This document shows, piece by piece, positions 20,941-29,465 of a stretch of DNA of 37,174 nt. The stretch is taken from the NCBI GenBank assembly GCA_039800465.1, contig JBDLQQ010000164.1:1-37174 (forward strand), in the 5' to 3' direction. This stretch comes from Verrucomicrobiota bacterium. Lineage in GTDB: Bacteria; Verrucomicrobiota; Verrucomicrobiia; Limisphaerales; UBA9464. The position numbers and the translations under genes are program-made. Below the pieces are notes generated by a model that saw only the letters and a program-made list of their open reading frames with translations, was not told the origin of the DNA and made no database searches. Positions within the stretch are counted from its first letter, which is position 1. Each line of letters starts with the position of its first letter.

Positions 20941-21225
20941 ATGTCCGCCACCGCCCCATCTGTCTCGTGCGAGGTCACCGTCAAGAACAAGAACGGTGTC
21001 CACGCCCGTCCGTCCTCCCAGTTCGTCAAGCTGGCCAGCAGCTTCAACTGCGAGGTCTGGGTGGAGAAGGACGGTGAGTCCATCAACGGCAAGAGCATCA
21101 TGGGACTCCTCCTGCTGGCCGCCGGCCCGGGCAGCGTCCTCAGGATCACCTGCTCCGGCGTCGACGCCCCACGCGCCCTCCAGCAGCTCGAGGCCCTCGT
21201 CCAGGGCGGCTTCGGCGAGGACTAG
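20941..21225 (+). CDS. ptsH: HPr phosphocarrier protein
   Basis: GVHARP (His15 site) and NGKSIMG (Ser46 site), ending GFGED. Start at ATG 20941. Confidence 0.94.
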   Translation: MSATAPSVSCEVTVKNKNGVHARPSSQFVKLASSFNCEVWVEKDGESINGKSIMGLLLLAAGPGSVLRITCSGVDAPRALQQLEALVQGGFGED

Positions 21226-21251
21226 AAGCCACGACCTCCCCCACTGACACG

Positions 21252-21533
21252 ATGTCCGACTTCAACATCCAGTACGTCGCCCGCCTCGCCCGGATCGATC
21301 TCTCGGCCGAGGAACAGCAGCGGCTCGGCGACCAGCTCGGCAACATCCTGGGCTACATCGCCCAGCTCAAGGAGGTCGACGTCGAGGGGATCGAGCCCAC
21401 GGCCCACGCCTTCCCACTCACGAACGTGACCCGGCCGGACGAGGCCCGTCCGCCGATGGACCACGACGACGCCCTCCGCAACGCCCCGGCGAAGGCCGGC
21501 GGCCTCTTTGTGGTCCCGAAGATCGTGGAATGA
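21252..21533 (+). CDS. gatC: Asp-tRNA(Asn)/Glu-tRNA(Gln) amidotransferase subunit C
   Basis: YVARLARI, IL.YI.QL.EVD.EG.EPT.H, and NAP...G.FVVPKIVE. Confidence 0.95.
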   Translation: MSDFNIQYVARLARIDLSAEEQQRLGDQLGNILGYIAQLKEVDVEGIEPTAHAFPLTNVTRPDEARPPMDHDDALRNAPAKAGGLFVVPKIVE

Positions 21534-21547
21534 CGGGTTGAGACCCG

Positions 21548-22021
21548 TCAGGTCGCCACCAGCGGGGAGAGGTTCTCGTTGCGCTGGACCATGTCCCGCA
21601 GGGACGGCTCCAGGCGGAGGCACTCGAGGACGAGCCGACGGGCCTCGGCCTTGTTCCCCAGGATCGACTCGTAGCAGGCGAGGTGGAAGTTCCACAGGCC
21701 GCAGGACCGTGCCTCCACGGGGGCCGAGATCAGCGCCAGACGGCATTCGGGGACCCGACCGAGTTCATAGAGGCAGCATCCCCAGGCGATGAACCGATCC
21801 ACCGGGGCGCCGTCCCGACCGCAGAGGACGGTGTAGGCCTGTGCCGCCTCATCCCATCGCTCCATCTGCTGGAGGATGACCGCCCGGAGCTCGAGGGTCT
21901 CCGTGCGGTTGCGTTCCCCTACCGGGAGACGGTCGAGTTCGCCCAGCGCCTCCGCGCACGAGCCCAGCTCGAACCAGCCGATGGCGGCACGCAGCACGTG
22001 GTTCAGATGAGACTCCGGCAC
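21548..22021 (-). CDS. Small TPR protein
   Basis: AAIGWFELG..AEA..EL and FHLACYESILG...EA...L TPR patterns. Start is GTG 22021 (supported by promoter spacing) or ATG 22039. Confidence 0.8.
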   Translation of the reverse strand: MPESHLNHVLRAAIGWFELGSCAEALGELDRLPVGERNRTETLELRAVILQQMERWDEAAQAYTVLCGRDGAPVDRFIAWGCCLYELGRVPECRLALISAPVEARSCGLWNFHLACYESILGNKAEARRLVLECLRLEPSLRDMVQRNENLSPLVAT

Positions 22022-22074
22022 GCCGCAACGTGGCACCATTCGTCCACCCCACAACTGGTGGTCGCACCCCGTCC

Positions 22075-22551
22075 TCAGGAGCGACGGGATCCGAGGGCTG
22101 CGACGACCGCCGGAGGCACGAACGGGGCGACATCCCCGCCCAGACGGGAGATCTCCTTGACCATCCGGGAGCTCAGGAAGGTGTAGGTGTCCTTGGGGGT
22201 CATGAACAGGGTCTCGACCTGCTCGTTCAGCCGTCGGTTCATGAGGGCCAGCTGGAACTCGAACTCGAAATCGCTGACCGCCCGGAGCCCCCGCAGCACC
22301 GCACAGGCCTGCCGTCGCATCACATAGTCCACCAACAGTCCCTCGAAGGCGTCGGCCTCGACATTCGGGATGTCCCGGATCGACTCCCGCACGAGACGCG
22401 TCCGTTCCTCCACCGAGAACAAGGGCTGCTTCGACTCGTTCCGGGCCACGGCGACCACCACCTGGTCGAAGATGCGGGACGCACGGCGGACGACGTCCAG
22501 ATGACCATTGTGGAACGGGTCGAAGCTTCCCGGATAGATCACCGTGCGCAT
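22075..22551 (-). CDS. coaD: Phosphopantetheine adenylyltransferase
   Basis: YPGSFDP..NGHLD, RGLRAVSDFEFE.Q.A.MNR and SS..VKE. Confidence 0.97.
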   Translation of the reverse strand: MRTVIYPGSFDPFHNGHLDVVRRASRIFDQVVVAVARNESKQPLFSVEERTRLVRESIRDIPNVEADAFEGLLVDYVMRRQACAVLRGLRAVSDFEFEFQLALMNRRLNEQVETLFMTPKDTYTFLSSRMVKEISRLGGDVAPFVPPAVVAALGSRRS

Positions 22552-22557
22552 GGCCTG

Positions 22558-22585
22558 ACGCTAGCGCCTTCCATGGGAGGGCAAA
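22558..22585 (-). promoter_or_regulatory. Putative promoter for a leaderless coaD transcript
   Basis: TTTGCC-N16-TAGCGT-N6-ATG. Confidence 0.5.
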
Positions 22586-22706
22586 GGGGAAAGAATCCGC
22601 TGAGACCCGTGGGGTGAGTCTGGGTTCGAACCACTGGGCGCTGGCGGTTCCCGGTGAGGATGGGGTCCCTTGCGGGGCTTCTCTCCACTCTCGATGCCCA
22701 ACTTCC

Positions 22707-25286
22707 TCAGAATCCCACGAACACCCCCTGGCTGTTGTTCCAGAAGGAACCGGAGCCACTGACCTGCAACCGGATCGCCCGGACCTGATAGACCGCGGAC
22801 TCCGGTGCGTCCTCGTCCACGAACGTGGTCCCATCAATCGATCGCCCCGCCTCCAGGGGCTCCGAGAACCCCTCCAGACCCCCGGTGCTCCGAGACAGGG
22901 AGTAGCGGCAGTCGGCATCGGGGGACGGCACCCAGGTGAGGGTCACACGCCGCCCCGAACGTGTCGCCCGGAGTCCCGACGGCGGCGTCACACGGAAGAG
23001 CCGGAGCGTCGGGTCCCCGAGGATGCTCTGGAACGCAGGGATCAGAAGTCCCGGGCGGGACCAACCCCGGATCATCAGGTCGGCCAAGGGCGCCCCGGCC
23101 CCCAACGAGGTGTAGTCCCAGGACACGCCGCCGAGGGTGGCGAGGCCGTGGTTGGGACTGGCCAGCGAGGCCCGGAGCCAGTTGTCCCTCGAGATCAAAC
23201 GGCCCCGGTCATCGATGCGTGCCCAGTCGGGCCCATAGGAGAACCACACCTGCCGGAAGGTCACCGGCAACTCCCGGGCCGGATCTGCGAAGATGCCGCT
23301 GGTATGGCTACCCCCCAGCCCATCGAAGACCCCCGCCTCCCCGGCGCTGGCGTACTGGAAGTGGACCCCCAGATCGACCGGCACCCGGTCCCGGAGGTTG
23401 TACCCGTCGAACAGGACGCCCGGTTCCACCCCGAAGGCCGCGCCGGAGAGGGTCTGGGCCGACAGGACCGCGAGGTTTGCAGCGGGATTCTCGGCGAGGC
23501 ACGAGACCCGTCCCCAGGTCGGGATCTGGTGCTCCCGGTACCGCGTCGCCTTGGTGAGGTACTGCCGCAGCAGGTCGACCTCGCCGCGACGACCCAACGC
23601 CGGCAGTCCCCAGAAGTCGACCCGACCCACGGCGAAGTCGGGCGGACCCGGCAGGTAGTTCTGGTCGAGGATTCCATCCCCCGGACGGTTCCTGCCCTGG
23701 GGCGACGACTCCTGGTCCGTCCAGATCGGAACCACCCGGTTGGTGTACCCATAGAACGCATCACACACCCAGCCGCCCCGGTGGTCGGGATGGCCATCCC
23801 ATCCCGCGGAACCACTGTGGGCGAGGGTCACATGGCCCAGGATGAAGACGACGTTGGTGGCACCCGGCTCATGATGATCCGTGATCCATCGGGAGACCCT
23901 GGATCGGTTGGCGAGGTTGGACTCGACCGAGCCATCCCGATGCCTCGGTGCCTCGAGCCACTCGCGGACACGCCAGCCGTCGCCGACAAGATTCGTCCGG
24001 AGCTGGGCCAACTCCGTCTTGAGCCGCGGGGCGAGGGTCTGATCGACCAACAGCAGGACGACGCCGCGCTGGTGCACGACCGGCATCTCGATGCCGGCGA
24101 CCCAATGGCGGTAGGATTCGCCATGGATGGTAGGACCCAATCGGGCCAGGTACTCGTACCGCGTCCCCTTCTCCACCGTGGTGTCGATCCAGCGTTCCTC
24201 GGTGGAGGTCTCGACCACCGGCGTCCCCCAGTTCGTGCTGCCGAACGCGCGTCGCTGGAGCCGGAGCGGCCAGGGATCCGGGTACCCCGGCGACCCGATC
24301 CCGCTGCGGCGGGGTGACCCCTCATAGAGTCGTGCAAACTCGAGGGCCGGACGCCCTTCCCGCTCGACCGCGCGGACCGTGAGCTGCTCGAGGCGGAAGG
24401 TCTCGGTGAAGCCGATCGGGTAGTTGAAGGTCTCGACGCTGTCGATCGTGCCCTCCAGGGCGAGACTCCCCGCGGCATTCATCCCCAGCTGGAATCCCCG
24501 GGCCATCCCCGCGGCCGTGGGCAGATACCGGGGATCGATCCCGGCGCCATGGTCGAAGACGGTCCTGCTGCTGTTGGTCCAGACGTTCAGGGCGTTCTGG
24601 TGATAGACCCGCGTGAGGGCGGGGCCATAGGAGAGCGCCAGCTCATGCCAACCGGGTGTCCCGGACCACGACGCGGCGGGGAGGCGGCTCTCCATCCGGA
24701 AGACGGGAAAGTAATCCGCCGCGCCCTGGCTGAACTTCACCGACAGATCCCCCTGCGGGGTGGCATGCAGGTACCACGACCACCAGCCGTGCTCCTTGTC
24801 CAGGTACCCGCCGACCTCGACGAGGGGCGCACTCCACTCGGCTCCGCGGGGCACTGCCCAATCCGGCTTGAACCAGAGCCGGACCGCCCCGCGGTCGAGC
24901 CGGAGCTGCGGGGATCCATCGGCCTGGGCGGTCGGGTACCGGAGCGGTCGTCCGGCGGCCGGGATCAACCGGATCCCCTCCCGGACGATGCCCGGGACCT
25001 GCGTCTCATTGCCCGGGATGCCGACCGGTTCCTGTCCCGCCGCCGTGGCCCGCCATTCCGAGCGGATTCCATCCCACCACCAGGCCGCCAATCGTTTGGG
25101 AAACCAGCTGCGGGCATCCTTCGGATCGGTCCGATGGGCCACCTCCTCGACGTCCGAGAGGCCATCCCCATCGGAATCCACCCAATCACCCGGGGCGGCA
25201 AGGGGATGGAGGAGGCTGAGAGCTGAGAGCTGAGAGCTGAGGGTGAGGACAAACCGGAGATGGCGGGCTGGCAGGAACCGCTGCAT
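22707..25286 (-). CDS. Secreted multidomain protein: DxDGDG repeat, LamG-like, FN3, gingipain/peptidase C25-like, FN3
   Basis: Signal peptide, DSDGDGLSDVEE, G.V.LWFKP...WHELALSY (LamG-like), DTTVEKGTRYEY (FN3), ILGH...DAFYG...FAVGR...LGDPTLR (C25-like scaffold) and a C-terminal FN3. Confidence 0.8.
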   Translation of the reverse strand: MQRFLPARHLRFVLTLSSQLSALSLLHPLAAPGDWVDSDGDGLSDVEEVAHRTDPKDARSWFPKRLAAWWWDGIRSEWRATAAGQEPVGIPGNETQVPGIVREGIRLIPAAGRPLRYPTAQADGSPQLRLDRGAVRLWFKPDWAVPRGAEWSAPLVEVGGYLDKEHGWWSWYLHATPQGDLSVKFSQGAADYFPVFRMESRLPAASWSGTPGWHELALSYGPALTRVYHQNALNVWTNSSRTVFDHGAGIDPRYLPTAAGMARGFQLGMNAAGSLALEGTIDSVETFNYPIGFTETFRLEQLTVRAVEREGRPALEFARLYEGSPRRSGIGSPGYPDPWPLRLQRRAFGSTNWGTPVVETSTEERWIDTTVEKGTRYEYLARLGPTIHGESYRHWVAGIEMPVVHQRGVVLLLVDQTLAPRLKTELAQLRTNLVGDGWRVREWLEAPRHRDGSVESNLANRSRVSRWITDHHEPGATNVVFILGHVTLAHSGSAGWDGHPDHRGGWVCDAFYGYTNRVVPIWTDQESSPQGRNRPGDGILDQNYLPGPPDFAVGRVDFWGLPALGRRGEVDLLRQYLTKATRYREHQIPTWGRVSCLAENPAANLAVLSAQTLSGAAFGVEPGVLFDGYNLRDRVPVDLGVHFQYASAGEAGVFDGLGGSHTSGIFADPARELPVTFRQVWFSYGPDWARIDDRGRLISRDNWLRASLASPNHGLATLGGVSWDYTSLGAGAPLADLMIRGWSRPGLLIPAFQSILGDPTLRLFRVTPPSGLRATRSGRRVTLTWVPSPDADCRYSLSRSTGGLEGFSEPLEAGRSIDGTTFVDEDAPESAVYQVRAIRLQVSGSGSFWNNSQGVFVGF
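25215..25242. repeat. Heptamer tandem (GCTGAGA)x3 + GCTGAGG inside the signal-peptide coding region
   Basis: Read directly from the sequence. Confidence 0.85.
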
Positions 25287-25295
25287 ACAACCCAG

Positions 25296-25326
25296 ACTCT
25301 CGACCCTCGACTCTCAACCCTCAACT
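25296..25326. repeat. Heptamer tandem (ACYCTCR)x4, inverted relative to 25215-25242
   Basis: actctcg accctcg actctca accctca act. Confidence 0.8.
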
Positions 25327-25336
25327 TCCCCCGCCC

Positions 25337-27727
25337 CTATCTGCTCAGCTGACGGGCGGCGGCGGTGCGCAGGCGTTCATCGGCCGCGGCGGCCAGGGTG
25401 CCGACCAGGTCCGCGGACGGTTGACCGAAGGCCTCGCCCAGCCACATCGCCTCCAGCGGGGCCCGGGGATCCTTCTGCTGGGCGAGCCAGGTCCGGACCG
25501 CCGGCAGCACCTCGGCAGCACCCCGCTGACGCAGGACCACGCGGGCCTGCTCCTGGTCCCAGCCGTTCCTGGACAGGGTGAGCGTCAGCAGCTCGGCCGT
25601 GGACAGCCGGGTGAGATCCCGGGTGGCGATCCTGGCCGGGGTGGATTTATCGCCGGTGTAGGCCACGCGCCAGATGCGGCCATGCTCGTGATCCCGACGC
25701 GGATCCCGGAAGTCCACCTCGCCGTGCTGGATGATGGGGTTGGACCAGTCGGCGATGTACAGGGCGCCATCCGGACCAAAGCGGAGGTCGATCGGACGGA
25801 AGGTCACGTTGGTGGATCGGAGCAGATCTGGGAGCTCGCGGGTCTGGAAGGTCGATCCGTTGTCGTTGACCGCGAAGCGGACGACCCGGTGGGCCCGGAA
25901 GTCACAGGTGATGGCGTTGCCCTGCCAGTCGGCGGGGAACTGCGGGCTGTGGACGATCTCGAGGCTGGCGAACTTCGGATAGCTGCCGGGGCTGATGCTG
26001 TCGCCCTCGCGCCGCATGTCGGCGTACGTGAAATAGGTCCCGCCCTCCATCGCGTGGTAGATCCCCTTCCCGCCGGCGCCATCGGTGAAGAACGAGTTCC
26101 CGAACTGGTCCCAATGGTGTCCCCAGGGATTGCAGCCGCCCTTGGTGAAGATCTCGAGGCGTGAGGTGTCGGGATTGAACCGCCAGATGCCCGCGCTGTT
26201 GAGACGGCGGACCCCCTGGGGCGTCTCGATGTGGCTGTGGGTGTAGATGGACTGGTTCAGGTACAGGTGCCCGTCATAGCCCCAGCGCAGGGTGTGGAGG
26301 TTGTGATGCGTGTCCTCGGTGCCGAAGCTCGACATCACGATCGTCTGCCGGTCGCCCCGGCCATCGCCGTCGGTGTCGGCGATGTGCAGCAGCTGGTGGC
26401 TGGCGGCGACGTAGCAGCCGCCGCGGCCGTCCGGCACCACGCCCGTGGGGATGACGAGTCCATCGGCGAACACGGTGTGGCGATCGGCCTTCCCATCGCC
26501 ATCGGTGTCCTCGAGGACGATGACGGCATCCTCGGCGTCCTGTCCCGGCTTGATCTGGGGATACAGACGCGAGCTGGCGACCCAGAGGCGGCCCTTCGGG
26601 TCCCAGTTCATCTGGATGGGCTTGTAGAGCATGGGGTTCTCGGCCCAGAGGCTGACGGAGAAACCCGGGGAGATTTCGAAGGTGGGCTCCGGTTGGACCT
26701 TGAACTTCGGGTCCCGGTGGGCCCGCTCTGCCGCCTCCTTCTGGAGACGGGTCACCTCGGCCACGACCGCAGGGTCCTGGTGGTCGAGGTCCCGGAGCTT
26801 GGCGATCCGTCCCTCCCATTCCCGGATGAGGGGATCGAACTTCGGGATCTCGACCGCATTCTGTCCCTGCTCGTATTTCCGGAACCCGAAGAGGTAGGTC
26901 CAGTTGGCCGGGCGCCACCGGTGGAAGAAGAGCTCGTTCTTCTTCCGGACCGCGGCGTTGAGCACGAGATAGGCCGGGCTGCTGCCCTCGACCCCACCAC
27001 CGGACCGGTTGACGATCGCATCCGCCAGGGCGCGGTAGCCGGACTCGTTGAGATGGACGAGGTCCGACTCCCTCGGGAGGGCCGCGGTCGACTCGAGCCC
27101 GATGGACTGGGCTCCGGTCTCGGAGGCCAGTTCCCGGAGCGCCTCCCGGACCCGGGGGATCTGGGTGGCGAGGGTCTCGATCGGCTTCCGGTCCTGGGGA
27201 GGCAGGTTCGAGGGGATGGCTCCGAGGTCGAGGGGCCCCACCAGGATGAACCGGACGTCGGCCCCTCCCCGTTCGCGGACGGCTCCCATCAGCTGGCGCG
27301 TCTGGGTCAGGAATTCCGACAGGTGCGTCGACTGCGCCGCGCTGGAAGGCAGGGCTGCCAGCTCGAGGGCCTCGGTCATGCCGTAGGCGAGGACCGCCAC
27401 GGTGGGCTTGAAGTCGCCGATCTGCTCCTGGACCCGCTTGAGCCAGTCGGACGGCGACTTGTTCCAGTCGAAGCTCGCACGGGAACGGCCCATCGGGCTG
27501 TCCGCGGCCCAGCCGAGATTCCGGAACGTGAGGTCCTGATTGCGGTAGGCGGCGGTGATGTGGGTCTCGAGATGGCCATAGTCGACCTCCCGCTCGAAGA
27601 AGGTGTCGCCCAGGAAGAGCACCCGATCGCCATCACGGAGGCCGCCCTCGGCGGCCGAGGCGGGCGGGGAGAGCAGGACCAGGAGGGCCGTGAGGCCGCT
27701 CCACACGAGGCAACGCAATCGATTCAT
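25337..27727 (-). CDS. PVC-type membrane-bound dehydrogenase (SGNH-like + beta-propeller + HEAT), apparently C-terminally truncated
   Basis: FLGDTFFER...NLGW...HLNESGY; WAENPMLYKPIQMNWDPKGRLWVASS; DTDGDGKAD; FGTEDTHH; FRPIDLRFGPDGALYIADWSNPIIQHGEVDFRDPRRD. It stops inside the HEAT repeats and has no CxxCH. Start at ATG 27727. Confidence 0.85.
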   Translation of the reverse strand: MNRLRCLVWSGLTALLVLLSPPASAAEGGLRDGDRVLFLGDTFFEREVDYGHLETHITAAYRNQDLTFRNLGWAADSPMGRSRASFDWNKSPSDWLKRVQEQIGDFKPTVAVLAYGMTEALELAALPSSAAQSTHLSEFLTQTRQLMGAVRERGGADVRFILVGPLDLGAIPSNLPPQDRKPIETLATQIPRVREALRELASETGAQSIGLESTAALPRESDLVHLNESGYRALADAIVNRSGGGVEGSSPAYLVLNAAVRKKNELFFHRWRPANWTYLFGFRKYEQGQNAVEIPKFDPLIREWEGRIAKLRDLDHQDPAVVAEVTRLQKEAAERAHRDPKFKVQPEPTFEISPGFSVSLWAENPMLYKPIQMNWDPKGRLWVASSRLYPQIKPGQDAEDAVIVLEDTDGDGKADRHTVFADGLVIPTGVVPDGRGGCYVAASHQLLHIADTDGDGRGDRQTIVMSSFGTEDTHHNLHTLRWGYDGHLYLNQSIYTHSHIETPQGVRRLNSAGIWRFNPDTSRLEIFTKGGCNPWGHHWDQFGNSFFTDGAGGKGIYHAMEGGTYFTYADMRREGDSISPGSYPKFASLEIVHSPQFPADWQGNAITCDFRAHRVVRFAVNDNGSTFQTRELPDLLRSTNVTFRPIDLRFGPDGALYIADWSNPIIQHGEVDFRDPRRDHEHGRIWRVAYTGDKSTPARIATRDLTRLSTAELLTLTLSRNGWDQEQARVVLRQRGAAEVLPAVRTWLAQQKDPRAPLEAMWLGEAFGQPSADLVGTLAAAADERLRTAAARQLSR

Positions 27728-27912
27728 GGGATCAGGGGTTCCCGCGACGAACCCGCCCAGGGCGCCGGGCCCGGGGCGTTCCGCCAATGGGATGATGCCG
27801 TGATTACACGGGGAACCATCACCGGGTGGCAAGCCCGGGACCGGAGAAATCCAAGGACTCTTGGGGCGGGTACCCTGCCCCGTCCCGAGTCACTTCCCGC
27901 CGCGACCCAATC

Positions 27913-29316
27913 TCAATGGGTGTAGCCCTCCTCACCATGTTCGGTGAGATCGAGACCCTGATCCTCCACCTCATCCGACACCCGGCAGCCGAGGGTCTTG
28001 TCGATGAGGACGTACAGCACGACGGTGACCCCGACCGACAGGAGGATGATGAGGCCACCCGCCTTGACCTGTTCGAGCCAGAGGGATTTGGAGACGAGGG
28101 GCTGGATGCGATCGGCCAGGAGGTTCGGGTTCATCTCCGAACTGGCGAGGAACCCGGCCATGACGGTTCCGACGGTACCTCCGACAGCATGGACCCCGAA
28201 GGTGTCGAGGGAGTCGTCATAGCCGAGGGCGTTCTTGAGCTTGGCGCAGGCCAGGAAGGTGGAGATCCCGGCGAGGATGCCGATCAGGACGGCCCCGGAC
28301 GGGGTGACGAACCCCGAGGCCGGGGTGATGGTGGCCAGGCCTGCGACGGCCCCCGAGCAGAGGCCGAGGACCGAGGGCTTGCCGCGGAGAACCAGTTCCA
28401 GGATTCCCCAGACGCACAGTCCGACGGCGGCGCTGAGCGTCGTGGCCACGAACGCGTTGGACGCGATGCGGTCGGCCGCGACGGCGGAACCCGCGTTGAA
28501 GCCATACCAGCCGAACCACAGCATCCCGGTGCCCACCAGGCACAGCACCATGCTGTGGGGCGGGATCGGTTCCCGGCCGAAGCCCCGGCGGGGCCCCAGC
28601 AGGATGCAGAGGACGAGGGCGCTCCAGCCCGAGGTGATATGGACCACGATGCCCCCCGCGAAGTCGATCGCCTTGATGGCGGCCTTGTCGTTCCAGAGCC
28701 CGTTCATCCATCCGTCCGCTCCCCACAGCATGTGTGCCGTCGGGAAGTAGACCGCGAACATCCAGACGGTGCAGAACACCATCAGGGCCCTGAACCGCAT
28801 GCGCTCGGCGATCGCACCCACGATGAGCGCCGGCGTGATGATGGCGAACATCATCTGGTACATCGCGTAGATGTTGTGGGACACCCACGCCCCGTAGTCG
28901 GGGTTCGGCTGGTCGGTGACGCCCCGGAGGAAGCTCCAGTCGAGCCCACCGAGGAACGGCGATCCCTTCGCGAAGCTCAGCGAGTACCCACAGCTCCACC
29001 AGAGGATCGTCACGATGCCCGACAGGCCGAGGCACTGGGCCAGCACGGAGAGCACGTTCTTCCTGCGGACGAGGCCGCCGTAGAACAGCGCCAGGCCCGG
29101 AAGGGTCATGAACAGGACGAGCGCCGTGCTGATCATCATCCAGCCGTTGTGACCCGGCCCGGGGCTGCCGACCAGGGAGGTGGCCGGAGCCGCGTTCTTC
29201 ACGTAGGCCTCGAGGTCGGCGAGCCGCTGTTCAACGGTGGGTTCCGCGGCGGACAACGTCGATGCCAACGCGGTGACAAGGAGCAGGAATGCAGGAATTC
29301 GGCGGAGTAGCCTCAT
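27913..29316 (-). CDS. amtB: Ammonium transporter
   Basis: PGLALFYGGLVR.KN.L, FAIITPALI.GA.AER, DFAGG.VVH, WFGWYGFNAGS, DD.LD.FGVH (twin His intact) and GLD..EHGE.GY. Confidence 0.97.
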   Translation of the reverse strand: MRLLRRIPAFLLLVTALASTLSAAEPTVEQRLADLEAYVKNAAPATSLVGSPGPGHNGWMMISTALVLFMTLPGLALFYGGLVRRKNVLSVLAQCLGLSGIVTILWWSCGYSLSFAKGSPFLGGLDWSFLRGVTDQPNPDYGAWVSHNIYAMYQMMFAIITPALIVGAIAERMRFRALMVFCTVWMFAVYFPTAHMLWGADGWMNGLWNDKAAIKAIDFAGGIVVHITSGWSALVLCILLGPRRGFGREPIPPHSMVLCLVGTGMLWFGWYGFNAGSAVAADRIASNAFVATTLSAAVGLCVWGILELVLRGKPSVLGLCSGAVAGLATITPASGFVTPSGAVLIGILAGISTFLACAKLKNALGYDDSLDTFGVHAVGGTVGTVMAGFLASSEMNPNLLADRIQPLVSKSLWLEQVKAGGLIILLSVGVTVVLYVLIDKTLGCRVSDEVEDQGLDLTEHGEEGYTH

Positions 29317-29465
29317 GGATCCCGCGGAGGAAGCCAGCCCGGCCCGACCTTGGCAAGGTTCCGCCCTGTCAGTCCCGCCTCACGATCATCCGTCTCCAGC
29401 GCCCCTGGAAACCAGAGGTCCAGACCGTCCCGGCACCACCCCCACCGATCCGGGCGGGAAACCCG

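Noticed and set aside
22623-22632. GGTTCGAACC resembling a tRNA T-loop
   Set aside because: No cloverleaf, acceptor stem or anticodon arm can be built around it.
25337-25339. TAG readthrough or recoding in the PVC dehydrogenase
   Set aside because: The frame beyond TAG translates the heptamer array and the off-frame of the next gene, not HEAT or cytochrome domains. Other genes use TAG as a normal stop.
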